Shown: one piece after another, positions 1 through 9,738 of the stretch
How the letters are laid out: each line of letters begins with the position of its first letter
How positions within the stretch are numbered: the first letter of the stretch is position 1
IMG/VR virus record: IMGVR_UViG_3300047160_003616
Coordinates: 1 to 64,000 of that record
Source of the DNA: a virus
Taxonomy: Duplodnaviria > Caudoviricetes
Strand: one strand, 5' to 3'
Length of the DNA stretch: 64,000 bases
Translations under genes and position numbers: made by a program
Notes under the pieces: model-generated
The model's database searches: none
What the model saw: only the letters and a program-made list of their open reading frames with translations
Told to the model about the DNA's origin: nothing

Positions 1-1
1 G

Positions 2-2290
2 GTGGGCCAGGTTGAACTCGCGCTCGACGGCGTTCTTGTCGTAGTAGGCCCCCAGGTCGTCGGCCAGGTGGTTTTTGCGGTCCACCAGGGCGTCGAGGAA
101 CTGGCCGGGGTCATTGGGATGGAAGTTAGGCGGGTGCAGACCACGGTTGGGATCGGCCTGGTAGTGCATGAACTGGCTGTGGCCGTACTTGCCGGTGCCC
201 AGCATCCCGGCATTGGCCGCCGCGAAGGCGTAGGGCGCGAACATCTGGCGCAGCTTGAGGTCGGGGATGTCCTGCAGGCCTTTGACGAACTCCCCCAGCT
301 CGCCCTCGCGGGGATCGAGCATCTCCCCGGGCCTGCCTTTGGCGAAGTCTTTCCACAGCCGGTTATAGACCGGGGGCTTGGCGTAATAGTTGGGATGGAA
401 CTTGTAATCGAGGTCGTCCTGGCCGAAATACTTCATCGCCTGGCCCTTGTCGATGCCCACCAGGCCGTGATCGGTGTCCAGCCAATTGCCGATGTGGGCA
501 TCATGATTGGCGATCAGCCAGTCCAAGGCATGGTGCTTCTGCAACACCAGCTGCTCCTGTGGGGTCATCTGGGAAAGCCGGGGAGACCAGTTCTTGTTGT
601 GCTCCTGGCCCGGCGGCGGTGACCAGCGCTCCGGGGCTATTGGCTCACCGTGCGGGCCCTTGTACAGCTTGATGGCGGTGGCCATTCCGCCCTGCCACGG
701 CATCGCGTAGGTCTCCGGGGTTTCCAGCCCGCTCATCGCCTGCAGATCGGCGGTGGCCTTGTCCAGCGGGGTGAGAAACTCGTTGCCGGGGTTGGGTACC
801 TTGACGATCCAGCGGCCCTGCGGGTCGCGGTAGAACTTGGAGCCGTGCGAACCCGCCTCACCGGGCTCGTGCGGCAGTTCGATCATCTCGTCCGGGTTGG
901 GCATGGCCATGGCCAGCAGCGTGATCGAAGCGGGCACCTCGGCGATGCGGGCCACCCGGGCGATCTTCATCCCCATCATCCGGTGCGCCATGGCCTTGTC
1001 GTAGAGATCACCGAAGTCGTGCATCAGAGCGTTTTTGCGCTCAATAGCGTATTGCAGGAAGGCATCTGAATCATTGGACGGGAAGCGCTGTGGAGCGTGA
1101 CCACTGTAGTTGGTGAAGTTCTTGGCCAGGCTGCCCGCAGCGGCGGCCTGCTCGGCGTAGGGCCGCAGGGTGTCGGCGAACTCATCATCAGGGATGTCCT
1201 GCAGCCCCTGGATGAACTGGCCCAAGTCACCCTGACGGGGGTCGTTGAGGATGCGCCCGCCGCGGGCCATGTTGCGATACAGGCCGTTGTAGACCGGCTC
1301 GGTCTCGCTATAGACCGAGTTGGGGTGATAGTTCCAGTCCAGTTTGTCCTGGCCGTAGTGCTTGAACGCCTGGCCTTTGTCGATGCCGATCAGCTGGCCG
1401 GTCTGGTCGCGGATGAACTGGTTGCCGTGCGAGTCGTGGTTGCCGATCAGCCAGTCCAGCGCGTGATGTTTCTGCAGGGTCATCAGATCAGGGTCGGAGA
1501 GCTTCTCCGGGTCGGGCTTCTTGGAGGGGAAGGCGTTCTTGGCGTCGAACATCAGCTGTGCCGATGCCGGGACATCCTTGGTGCCGCCCTCGGGGATGCC
1601 GTGATCGAGGAAGGTGGGCGGGGTGACCAGCCCCGAGGTCTGCTGAAGGGCACTGGCGGCCTGGTCCGCGGCGGCCATGAACGGGGCGTTGAAGGCCCCG
1701 CCATTGGCGATGTCGGGGGTGAACTTGGCCAGCCAGCGTTCCCCGGTGCTCGGATGGACATGCACCTCGGTCCCGGCGTGCGTGGACCCGGTGTGCTCCC
1801 CGGTGGGCTGCAGCTGGTTCAGGCCGGGAAACTGGTGTTGCCCAGTGGAGTCCAGCGCACCCTCGATGTCACGGTGCGGATGGGCCCGTCCCCAGTGCTC
1901 GTCATCGCCCAGACCATGCTGGGTCCAGTCGTGGTCTTCCAGGCTCATCAAGTACTGCAGCCAGGGCAGCGGCAGGACATTGTCGGGCGGAGGTTCCTCG
2001 GGCTGGTTGGCCTGCCGCTTCCACGGCAGGTCGGAGTACTTCTCCGGGTCGTACTCGGCGATGGGACCGATATGCGGGGCGGCACTGGCGAGATGCTCGA
2101 TTTCCGGGGCCACCCGTTTGCCGCATTCTGAGCAGCGACCCATCAGGGTGCCGCAGTGCTCGGGGTCCTCGCAGGGTTCCCCGCGCCAGCCCTGCGCCTG
2201 ATGCTCCTGGCGCTCCTCGGGGGTCAGTTCCCGATGCGCCTCGCGGAAGATGGCCCCGCTGTCGTTGGCGGAGATGATCGACTTAGCCAT
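2..2290 (-). CDS. Large protein with two tandem HipA/PI3-4-kinase-like domains (runs off the window edge, no stop)
   Basis: Absent from the ORF track. Manual translation from ATG 2290 (MAKSIISANDSG...), which overlaps the upstream stop; the stretches I translated stay open to position 2. Motifs LDWLIGNHDSHGNQ...IGIDKGQAF (~1370-1470) and LDWLIANHDAHIGN...VGIDKGQAM (~440-530). Confidence 0.8.
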   Translation of the reverse strand, partial: MAKSIISANDSGAIFREAHRELTPEERQEHQAQGWRGEPCEDPEHCGTLMGRCSECGKRVAPEIEHLASAAPHIGPIAEYDPEKYSDLPWKRQANQPEEPPPDNVLPLPWLQYLMSLEDHDWTQHGLGDDEHWGRAHPHRDIEGALDSTGQHQFPGLNQLQPTGEHTGSTHAGTEVHVHPSTGERWLAKFTPDIANGGAFNAPFMAAADQAASALQQTSGLVTPPTFLDHGIPEGGTKDVPASAQLMFDAKNAFPSKKPDPEKLSDPDLMTLQKHHALDWLIGNHDSHGNQFIRDQTGQLIGIDKGQAFKHYGQDKLDWNYHPNSVYSETEPVYNGLYRNMARGGRILNDPRQGDLGQFIQGLQDIPDDEFADTLRPYAEQAAAAGSLAKNFTNYSGHAPQRFPSNDSDAFLQYAIERKNALMHDFGDLYDKAMAHRMMGMKIARVARIAEVPASITLLAMAMPNPDEMIELPHEPGEAGSHGSKFYRDPQGRWIVKVPNPGNEFLTPLDKATADLQAMSGLETPETYAMPWQGGMATAIKLYKGPHGEPIAPERWSPPPGQEHNKNWSPRLSQMTPQEQLVLQKHHALDWLIANHDAHIGNWLDTDHGLVGIDKGQAMKYFGQDDLDYKFHPNYYAKPPVYNRLWKDFAKGRPGEMLDPREGELGEFVKGLQDIPDLKLRQMFAPYAFAAANAGMLGTGKYGHSQFMHYQADPNRGLHPPNFHPNDPGQFLDALVDRKNHLADDLGAYYDKNAVEREFNLAH

Positions 2291-5200
2291 AGACCGCCGC
2301 CACGTACTGACCGGCCGCCGGGGCGGAGCCAAACTCGATGGCGATGTGGTTGGCGTCGATGGCGCTCACCCCGGCCACCACCAGGACATTGGCGCTGGCA
2401 TCCCAGATGCTCACCGCCGGGCGGAAAGTGTTCAGGTTGTGCGTCAGGGTGGCCACGGTGGCCCCGCCGGGCACCGGGACGAGGATCTTCTTGCATACGA
2501 TGGAGGGGTCCACCGACAGCCCTGCGGTGGTGGCCAGCATCCCGCCCCCGGTGGCCGGGTTCACCGCGATGGTGCTGCCCGAGACCGCAATGCCATTGCC
2601 CTGCACCGGATTAAACGGTGGGGCACACCAACCGATGCGCGCCCACCGGTTGGTGGAGGTGTCGATGGTGCCGCCCGGGTCGGTCATCTGCCAGATGGTG
2701 TACGGGTTGGTGGCACCACCCGCGGCGGTGGTGGTGTTGGACACCACCACGATGGTGTCCTTGGACACGAAGTTGCCGGTGGCGAAGTCGGCCGGGCGGG
2801 TCCAGGCCCCGGCCGCCACCACCCACAGGCCGTTGTTGACCGAGGAGGCCTGGGCGGTGAGCAGCACGGTGGCCCCCACCGGGGCCACCACGCCGTCCAC
2901 GCTCTGCGGGGCGGACAGGCTGGCCACCGAGGTGGTGGCCACATAGTCGGCGTGCTTGGTCAGGCTGGACTGGTACAAGAAGGTATTCAGCTGGCCCTGC
3001 AGCCCGGTGACCGAACCGACCGGGATGGTGGCATTGGCCGCCATCGCCCCCACGTCGGTGTAGGTCAGGTTGACCACCGGGCCGGGGTAACCGTTGACGC
3101 TGGTGATGGTGCCGATGGCCGAGGAGCCCGGCAGTGCCACCCAGTTGGCCAACTGGGTGGGGTCGCTGCTGTTGAGCACGTAGGTGCCCGCGGCCGAGGT
3201 GCCGGTGATCACACAGATGGTGCCCTGGTGCGCGGTGCTGGTGGGCAGCGCCAGCATGGCCGCCTGGTTGGCCACCTGCACCACGTTGGTGATGGCGGCG
3301 GCCGGGATCTCGGCGAGCGGCACGTGCGCGGTGCCGTCCAGGTCGGCCTTGGCCGCCAGGGCGGCGTTCAGTCCGCCCACCTGAGCCATGGTCACCGGCA
3401 GCCCGGCGGTGTTGGTCAACTTGGAGGCATCGAAGGTGCCGGTGGTCGGGTTGAGGTTCTGTAGGTACGGCGTCAGCCCGGCGACGTAGCCAATCGGGAT
3501 GTTCTGCGGGGTCTCGGTCAGCGGCAGCTTGCCTGCGGTCAGATCGGCCTTGGTGGGCATCTGGTTCTGCAGCGCGGTGATGTTGGTCTGCGCCGTAGTC
3601 ATGTCCGACTGGGCCGCCTTGGTGCCCACCGTGGTACTCAGCGCCGCCAGATCGGTCTGGTTGGCCTTGGTGGCCACCGTGGCGTTGGTGGTGCTCAGCG
3701 CCGACGCGGTGGCGTAGTTGATCATCGAGTTGGACAGGTTGGTCAGATCGGCGGCGTTGGCCTTGGTGTCCACCGTGGCCGACAGCGCGGCCAGCTGGGC
3801 GGTGGTGGCCGTGTTGGCCATCTGGGTGTTCAGCGTCTGAACTTCGGATTCCAGCGCATAGACCGGATCGGCGGCACCCGCCTCGTTCCAGCGGTGCAGC
3901 TGCAGATGCCCGTTGGCGGTGATGACGGGGTAGGCCGCGTCGGCATCACGCACCCCGGAGTGCAGGTAGTACTTGGCCCCCACGATGCCCGCAATGGTGC
4001 CGTCGGAGTCGATGCCCCACGGGCTGTGCAGGGTCACCTGGGTGGAGAAGTCGCTCAGTCCACTGATCGGAGTGGTGAGGTTAGCGCTGGCCCAAAATGT
4101 CGTAATGGACGGCGTACCACCGCCCCCGGTGCCGCCGCCCGCCACCTGGGTTTCCAGGGCCGAGATCCGATTGATGGCGTTGGAGGTGCCGGTCAGCTGA
4201 TTACCCGAGATCAGCGTCGACAGTCCGGTCACCTGGCCCTGGGACACGGTGATCGGGTCCGACCCGGCCGAGGCGTGGCTGGCCGCGTGCGGCAACGGAG
4301 TGCGGGCATTGGTGACACTGGGATCGCTGATGAGCAGCCGGTTGGCCAGGTCGGTGGTCAGCCCGCTCACCTGGCCCTCAAAGATGGTGCCGCCGTAAGC
4401 GGCCACGTCGGACAGGGTCAGGTTCACGATGGGGGTGCTGTGGCCGTTGATCTGGCTGATGCCCCCGCCACCGCCGCCGCCCGACGCCACCACCAGGCCG
4501 CTCTTGTTGGTGACCTGACCGGAGGCGTTGATCAGCGCGATGTCGGCGGGCATCAGCGGGTCGGGGATCAGCCCGCTCACGGTGTGCACCAGCGTGGGGT
4601 CGTTCTTGTTGGCGGTGACCGTGGCCTGCAGCGCGGTCAGATCGGTGGCGTTGGCCTTGCCCAACAGTGCGGTGGCAAGGCCGGTGACCTGGCTCATGGC
4701 CACCGAGCCGCCCACCGGGATGGCCCCCACGTCGGCAGCCGCGAGGACCACCGCCCCGGTCTTGTCGTTGACCGAGAGCACCTCATTGAGCAGATACCAA
4801 CTCGTCAGGTGGCCGGGATCGGGGGCGATCAGCCCGTAGACCCCCTGCGGGGTCAGCACGATGTCACCGGGCTGCACCTGTGCCGGGTACTGCAGGGAGA
4901 GCATGGCGGTCTGGTCGGGCACCTGAATCCAGTTGGTGATCGCCGCCGGGGGGATCTGGGCAATCGGGATGTGTCCGCTGCCGTCCAGCGTGGGCGTGTT
5001 GGTCAGCGTGGTGTTGATGCCACTGACCTGAGTGGTGAGAGTGTCGATCTCGGACTGCAGGTGGGCGTCAGCGGCCTGGAAGTTAGTGGTGACGCTGGCG
5101 TCCCCATTCGCCCGCAGCGAGGCCTCCGCCGACACCGAGAGGTTCACGTCGGCGATCTTGTTGTCGGTATAGCCCTGTGCCGCAGTGGTGGTGGCATTGA

Positions 5201-5789
5201 TCTGAGATTCCAGCTCGGCTTCTAAAGTGGAGCGCAGCGCGGTGTCGGCGGCCTGGCGGGCGTTGGTCTCCACGGTCAGGTCGTTCATCAGCGCGGTGAT
5301 GTCGACCTGGGTGGCACAGATGTTGCCGAAGGCGTCGATCACGTTGCCGTTCTGGTCGATCTGGGCCACCCCGTTGATCACGCCCAGATCGGACTGCTGC
5401 ACGTAGCTGAAGGTGCCGATCATGTTCTCGGGCCCGGCGATCAGCTGATCCCAGGTCAGATCCTCGTCGGGCATGGCGAAATCGGTGGTCTCGGTGCGCC
5501 CGGTCAGCCCGGCCCGCCACATCACCCGATAGTTGATCTGGGTGGCCAGCCCGGGCGAGTTGGACGGGATCAGCTCGAAGGAGACCGTATTGATCAGCCC
5601 GGACAGTTCCAGCTCGGCGGTCTTTAAGCCCCCGGCAAACGTGGTCGCCGCGGCCACGTCGGTGGCCGCGTTCAACGGCAGGATGGCGATTTCCAAGATG
5701 TCGGGCAGCCCGGTGAGGGTGGAGACCGACTGATCGAAGTTGAAGGTGAGCGTGCGGGTCAGAACCTGCGTCGGAGCGGGGGCCGTCAT
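2283..5789 (-). CDS. Tail-fibre-like / minor virion protein (1168 aa)
   Basis: Repeated fibre motifs (VLSVNDKTGAVVLAAADVGA, ITSVNGYPGPVVNLTYTDVGA, ISQINGHSTPIVNLT), HAASHASAGSDPI, a duplicated DG.GH.P.A.IP.AAITN unit, and a long A/T-rich helical shaft. Confidence 0.75.
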   Translation of the reverse strand: MTAPAPTQVLTRTLTFNFDQSVSTLTGLPDILEIAILPLNAATDVAAATTFAGGLKTAELELSGLINTVSFELIPSNSPGLATQINYRVMWRAGLTGRTETTDFAMPDEDLTWDQLIAGPENMIGTFSYVQQSDLGVINGVAQIDQNGNVIDAFGNICATQVDITALMNDLTVETNARQAADTALRSTLEAELESQINATTTAAQGYTDNKIADVNLSVSAEASLRANGDASVTTNFQAADAHLQSEIDTLTTQVSGINTTLTNTPTLDGSGHIPIAQIPPAAITNWIQVPDQTAMLSLQYPAQVQPGDIVLTPQGVYGLIAPDPGHLTSWYLLNEVLSVNDKTGAVVLAAADVGAIPVGGSVAMSQVTGLATALLGKANATDLTALQATVTANKNDPTLVHTVSGLIPDPLMPADIALINASGQVTNKSGLVVASGGGGGGGISQINGHSTPIVNLTLSDVAAYGGTIFEGQVSGLTTDLANRLLISDPSVTNARTPLPHAASHASAGSDPITVSQGQVTGLSTLISGNQLTGTSNAINRISALETQVAGGGTGGGGTPSITTFWASANLTTPISGLSDFSTQVTLHSPWGIDSDGTIAGIVGAKYYLHSGVRDADAAYPVITANGHLQLHRWNEAGAADPVYALESEVQTLNTQMANTATTAQLAALSATVDTKANAADLTNLSNSMINYATASALSTTNATVATKANQTDLAALSTTVGTKAAQSDMTTAQTNITALQNQMPTKADLTAGKLPLTETPQNIPIGYVAGLTPYLQNLNPTTGTFDASKLTNTAGLPVTMAQVGGLNAALAAKADLDGTAHVPLAEIPAAAITNVVQVANQAAMLALPTSTAHQGTICVITGTSAAGTYVLNSSDPTQLANWVALPGSSAIGTITSVNGYPGPVVNLTYTDVGAMAANATIPVGSVTGLQGQLNTFLYQSSLTKHADYVATTSVASLSAPQSVDGVVAPVGATVLLTAQASSVNNGLWVVAAGAWTRPADFATGNFVSKDTIVVVSNTTTAAGGATNPYTIWQMTDPGGTIDTSTNRWARIGWCAPPFNPVQGNGIAVSGSTIAVNPATGGGMLATTAGLSVDPSIVCKKILVPVPGGATVATLTHNLNTFRPAVSIWDASANVLVVAGVSAIDANHIAIEFGSAPAAGQYVAAVYG

Positions 5790-5843
5790 GAGAACCTCCT
5801 GTCGCGGCTACCTACTTCTTATTGGCAGCTCGCGGCTCGGGTT

Positions 5844-6476
5844 CTAGTCGCTGGCCTCCGGGTTCAAAAACAGCGCGGCGTCGTCCATCTTCTCGGCCTG
5901 CTTCTTCTCCAACGGGGTGAGGTTGACGAACGGGCCCCCGTCGGGGGCCTTGGCCTGGGTGTCGACAAACTCCGGGGTGCCCGGCGTGATCACCTTGGGG
6001 CCCCGGCGGCTCAAATCCTTGGGCGGCACCCGCAGCGGCTTGCCGACCGGCTCAAATTCCTTCACCGCCGGGCGGCGGGCCTCGCCCTCGATGCGGGCCA
6101 CCACCTCCGGAGTGATCTTGGCGATGTGGTCCACCAGGTCTTGGTGGGTGACCTCGGCGCGCAGCGGGTTTTCGGCGGGGTTTCCGCCCTCCTCGATCCA
6201 CTTGCGCCCGGCGGCCACCCGCTCCTCGGCCTCACTGCGGCGTTTGGCCAGCAGGTCGGTGTACTCGTCGCTGGCGGCCAGGGTCTCGCCATAGGCCGCG
6301 GCCACCTCCTTGCGCCATTGCAGCTCGGCGGTGAAGGCGGCCTGCTCGCCCACGTCCCCGTTGTGCCCGGGACAGATCATCCCGTAGGGGCCGGGACCGG
6401 GCTCCTCGTGGCGCGGCTGCCCGCAGAACAACGGGCACAGCTTGGGTTCTTTGGCCGCGAGATCCCGGTCGGTCAT
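5844..6476 (-). CDS. Hypothetical protein with N-terminal Cys/His cluster (CPLFC...CPGH)
   Basis: Restarted at ATG 6476 (MTDRDLAAKE), which forms an ATGA overlap with the upstream stop. Confidence 0.65.
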   Translation of the reverse strand: MTDRDLAAKEPKLCPLFCGQPRHEEPGPGPYGMICPGHNGDVGEQAAFTAELQWRKEVAAAYGETLAASDEYTDLLAKRRSEAEERVAAGRKWIEEGGNPAENPLRAEVTHQDLVDHIAKITPEVVARIEGEARRPAVKEFEPVGKPLRVPPKDLSRRGPKVITPGTPEFVDTQAKAPDGGPFVNLTPLEKKQAEKMDDAALFLNPEASD

Positions 6477-6736
6477 TCGGCCACCGGCACCTTCTCGATG
6501 GCCTCCCGCCCGTAGATGCCCAACCGGGACAAGATGATGGACACGAACGGGGGATGGGTTTTGGTGAACCGGGCCTTGTCGGCCTCGCATTCGCGCACCC
6601 AATTGATGAACACCGACAGATCGGCGATCATCGGGCGGGTCAGCTCGACGTGGTGATGAGCCAGGATGCGCTTGAGCGCGTCCTCCTCGTCTATCGGCAA
6701 CAGATGATTAGCGGGCATCGTGGATGTCCTCTCCAT
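6473..6736 (-). CDS. Hypothetical protein (87 aa)
   Basis: Start MERTSTMP with RBS TAGGAGGAAG. Confidence 0.7.
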   Translation of the reverse strand: MERTSTMPANHLLPIDEEDALKRILAHHHVELTRPMIADLSVFINWVRECEADKARFTKTHPPFVSIILSRLGIYGREAIEKVPVAE

Positions 6737-6822
6737 GGCACTTCCTCCTATGGTAAAGGTGAAAGGCCAAACGCCGGTAACCGCAGGGGGGCCACGGTCA
6801 CCGGCGCTTGACGGCTCGGGGA

Positions 6823-7248
6823 TTACTCGGACGGCTCGGTCGGCAAGAAGGGTACCGGCTGCATCTCCTGGTAGTGGACGAACACCTGGGCCAACTGGTC
6901 CAGGTAGAGCGTCTTGGTCGCCGCCGGGTCCTCGGCGGCGTCCAGGTCGATCAGCCCGGCCTCCCCGGCCCAGCGCACGAAGCGTGCACCCGGCTCGTTG
7001 TCCCAGAAGTGGGCCACGATCACCGGCAGGATGAAGCCCTCGGCGGCAAAGCTGAGCTTGGCCAGCTCGTCCAGCACCGCGTGCACCTTCTCCCGGTCCA
7101 CCGGGTAGAGGTCGGAACGGTACCCCTTGGCGCACAGGCCCTCGCCCGCCACCATCTGGATCTCGCGGACGTTAGTCACCCGGCCGAGCCGTGCCCGATT
7201 GCACAGGAACTCCATAATCACTTCAACTTTTTGTTCATGCGTACTCAT
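6823..7248 (-). CDS. Hypothetical protein (141 aa)
   Basis: ATG preceded by CAACCAGGAGGAATCG. Confidence 0.75.
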   Translation of the reverse strand: MSTHEQKVEVIMEFLCNRARLGRVTNVREIQMVAGEGLCAKGYRSDLYPVDREKVHAVLDELAKLSFAAEGFILPVIVAHFWDNEPGARFVRWAGEAGLIDLDAAEDPAATKTLYLDQLAQVFVHYQEMQPVPFLPTEPSE

Positions 7249-7324
7249 GCGATTCCTCCTGGTTGATGTTTCGCTATTTCACTTATGCTACACCTTTTCT
7301 ACAGGTGCTTTCTCATGTCTCTCA

Positions 7325-7765
7325 TCACAGCTCCTTTCCGCGGTGTCGGCCGTCGAAGAACTCGCCCATCAGGATGAGCACCTCGTCCATGTCGGCCTCG
7401 GGCAGCGCATCTAGGCCCAGTGCCTCGGCCACCTTGCGCAGGCCCTCGTCAACCTCGTGCCCGCCGATGGCCTTCCAGTTGGAGCCCACCGCCTTGGTCA
7501 GCTTGATCATCCCCTCGCGGACCTTGACCAGCTCGGCCCAGTCGGCCTTCTGCTGCTCATAGTCGGGGTGGTCCTCGTCGTCGGCATAGGGGCCCAGCAG
7601 CCGGTCGGTCAGCTCGTGAAAGCGCCGGTGCAGCCGGTTGTTGAGGGCCAGCGCGGTCATGTGCTGGCGGGCGGTCTGGCCCGAGCGCACCACCGGGGCC
7701 CGCTGCGCACTCTGCGAGGCGGTCATGCCGTACTGGCGGTCCCGACGACGGCCCTTCTTAGCCAT
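7325..7765 (-). CDS. Hypothetical protein (146 aa)
   Basis: ORF with a stop/start overlap with the upstream gene. Confidence 0.65.
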   Translation of the reverse strand: MAKKGRRRDRQYGMTASQSAQRAPVVRSGQTARQHMTALALNNRLHRRFHELTDRLLGPYADDEDHPDYEQQKADWAELVKVREGMIKLTKAVGSNWKAIGGHEVDEGLRKVAEALGLDALPEADMDEVLILMGEFFDGRHRGKEL

Positions 7766-8013
7766 CAGTCGTCCAGGGTCTTGGGGTGACCGGTCACCCG
7801 GCCGTCGGCGTCAAAGCCGGTATAGACCTGGGTGGCCAGGTTCAGCTCGGCCTCGGCGTTCTCCTCGGGGGTCTGGCAACCCGGGCACAGATGGGCCACG
7901 ATGCGCCCGGATTTGGTCTCGCAGTTCCACTCCCCGCGCCCGCGGTAGCGTTTGCCACAGCGCGAGCAGCGGATCACCTGGGAAGCCTGGCGGTGTCGGC
8001 CTTCATACTTCAT
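7765..8013 (-). CDS. Zinc-ribbon protein (CSRC...CPGC)
   Basis: Start MKYEGR downstream of the CAACCAGG motif; two CxxC pairs. Confidence 0.65.
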   Translation of the reverse strand: MKYEGRHRQASQVIRCSRCGKRYRGRGEWNCETKSGRIVAHLCPGCQTPEENAEAELNLATQVYTGFDADGRVTGHPKTLDD

Positions 8014-8082
8014 GAACTGCTCCTCGATTCCTGGTTGATGGGTCCATGCTAGCAACCCTATAGCATTTGTGAAATATCCCCT

Positions 8083-8433
8083 CTAGCTGTGCACACCGTG
8101 AGTCATCACCACCAAGATCAAAATCCCGATGACCACGCCGACGAAGAACCCGCCCACAATCCAGGAGGACCACGAGGTGGAGTTCAGCCACGCCATGAAC
8201 GAGGACTGCGCCAGAGCCCGATGGGCGGGAACCTTCTTCCGGCGCACCACCCGGGTGTCCCGATAGGAGAGCCCGGTGCCGGGCAACCCGGCCGAGAGCG
8301 TCCGGTAGCCCTTGCTGTTGTAGGTCGCGTGCGCCCCGCGCACGCCGGTGGTCACCGACAGGCTCTGCTTGTTGACGTTGACCTTGACGCCCGGGGCGAC
8401 CTTGAATGACCTGCGAAATCTGAACGATCCCAT
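8083..8433 (-). CDS. DUF4236-like membrane protein
   Basis: MGSFRFRRSFKVAPGVKVNVNKQSLSVTTG...SAGLPGTGLSYR pattern plus a C-terminal TM helix; start motif upstream. Confidence 0.75.
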   Translation of the reverse strand: MGSFRFRRSFKVAPGVKVNVNKQSLSVTTGVRGAHATYNSKGYRTLSAGLPGTGLSYRDTRVVRRKKVPAHRALAQSSFMAWLNSTSWSSWIVGGFFVGVVIGILILVVMTHGVHS

Positions 8434-8455
8434 GACTGGATTCCTTCCTGGTTGT

Positions 8456-8590
8456 TTACTTGGTACGGCGCGATTTGACCGGCGCAGCGCCACTTCTGCG
8501 AGGAAGCTTCTTGGGGACGTAGGTCCCCGATTGGCGCTGGTGGGCAGTGCGCTGTTTGCGGTAGGGGTTGGATACTTTGGGTTGTGCCAT
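8456..8590 (-). CDS. Small basic protein (44 aa)
   Basis: Manual translation MAQPKVSNPYRKQRTAHQRQSGTYVPKKLPRRSGAAPVKSRRTK; perfect CAACCAGGAGGAATCG just upstream. Confidence 0.6.
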   Translation of the reverse strand: MAQPKVSNPYRKQRTAHQRQSGTYVPKKLPRRSGAAPVKSRRTK

Positions 8591-8623
8591 GTCGATTCCT
8601 CCTGGTTGTGAAGGGGTAGCCGG

Positions 8624-9658
8624 TCAGGCTACCCCTTCGGTGTAGGGCTTCTCGCCCAGTTCTTCAAATAACACCTCGACATCGAGTGCCTCGGTGTCGG
8701 GCTGGTCGACCGCGGCAAACATCTCGCGTAGCACCGCGGTATCGAGCGCCTCGATCTCGTCGTACCCCAAATTGGGGTAGTTGGCGTAGATCTCGGCCTC
8801 CAGGTCCAGCCGTTCCCGGTCGGCCTGGATGGCCGCCAGGGACACGCTGGGCTCGTCAGACTCCATGCGGGCTAAAGCGCCCTGCACGCCGTCGTCGCGG
8901 CCCTCCCAGCGGTCGTAGGTGCCCCAGCCGTACTCATCGGCCCACCGGCTGGTTCCGGCCGGGCGATGGGTGCCCTGGGTCTTCTCCCAGTGCCCGTTCT
9001 CCCACTTGCCATTGACCCAACTGCCGTTGACCCAGCGCTCGCCCTTGTGCGGGCCGCTGTGGGGCGTGTAATAGCTCAGGCCGTAGTCGCCGCCGTAAGC
9101 CACCGGTGCCCGGTAGCTGTAGCTGGTTTCCAGCAGGTCGAACTGCGTCGGGTCGGCGAAGTGGGTCTGCGCCCAGTGCTTCCACATGGCGATGACGAAC
9201 TCGTTGTCGTCGGCCGCGGCCACGATCTTGTAGAGCCCCATGTCCTCAAAGCCCTGCGCCAGCTCGCGCTTGAACTCGCTGGCGTAGCGCGGGTCGTCCT
9301 TGGCCCGGCAGAACGGGCCGATGAAGACCGAGGGCACGTGCTCGTGCAGCCAGTCGAAGCTGCGCTCGTAATCATGCTGGTGGGTCCTTGCGGTGATGAC
9401 CAACCAGACCATGTCCGGGTAGCGCTTCTCCACGGTCTCCATCCAGTCCAGCACCTTCTGATTGGGCTTGGACCAGTCCATCAAGGTCCCGTCGATGTCC
9501 AAAATTCCGGCGTACATCGGCGTGCCCTTCGGGCCCGCGAACTCATTGTGGGTCAGCGGGGTGCGGAATATCTTCGCGCCATACGGCGTCGTGTTATCAG
9601 TGCTCGCCACCGGGGTAACCGGCAGCCCATAGCGGGTTTTACGTGTCTTTTTCGCCAT
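8624..9658 (-). CDS. HAD-family phosphatase (PNKP 3'-phosphatase-like) with G/W-rich and acidic C-terminus
   Basis: HAD motifs LDIDGT, ITAR, FKRE, AADDN; RBS GAGGAGG before MAKKTRK. Confidence 0.75.
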   Translation of the reverse strand: MAKKTRKTRYGLPVTPVASTDNTTPYGAKIFRTPLTHNEFAGPKGTPMYAGILDIDGTLMDWSKPNQKVLDWMETVEKRYPDMVWLVITARTHQHDYERSFDWLHEHVPSVFIGPFCRAKDDPRYASEFKRELAQGFEDMGLYKIVAAADDNEFVIAMWKHWAQTHFADPTQFDLLETSYSYRAPVAYGGDYGLSYYTPHSGPHKGERWVNGSWVNGKWENGHWEKTQGTHRPAGTSRWADEYGWGTYDRWEGRDDGVQGALARMESDEPSVSLAAIQADRERLDLEAEIYANYPNLGYDEIEALDTAVLREMFAAVDQPDTEALDVEVLFEELGEKPYTEGVA

Positions 9659-9738
9659 AAGTGACCACCTCCTCGATCTGTGTCTTTTCCTCGTCACACC
9701 CCCTATAACAGCTAGGGCTAGTAAAAAATTCCCGAGCG

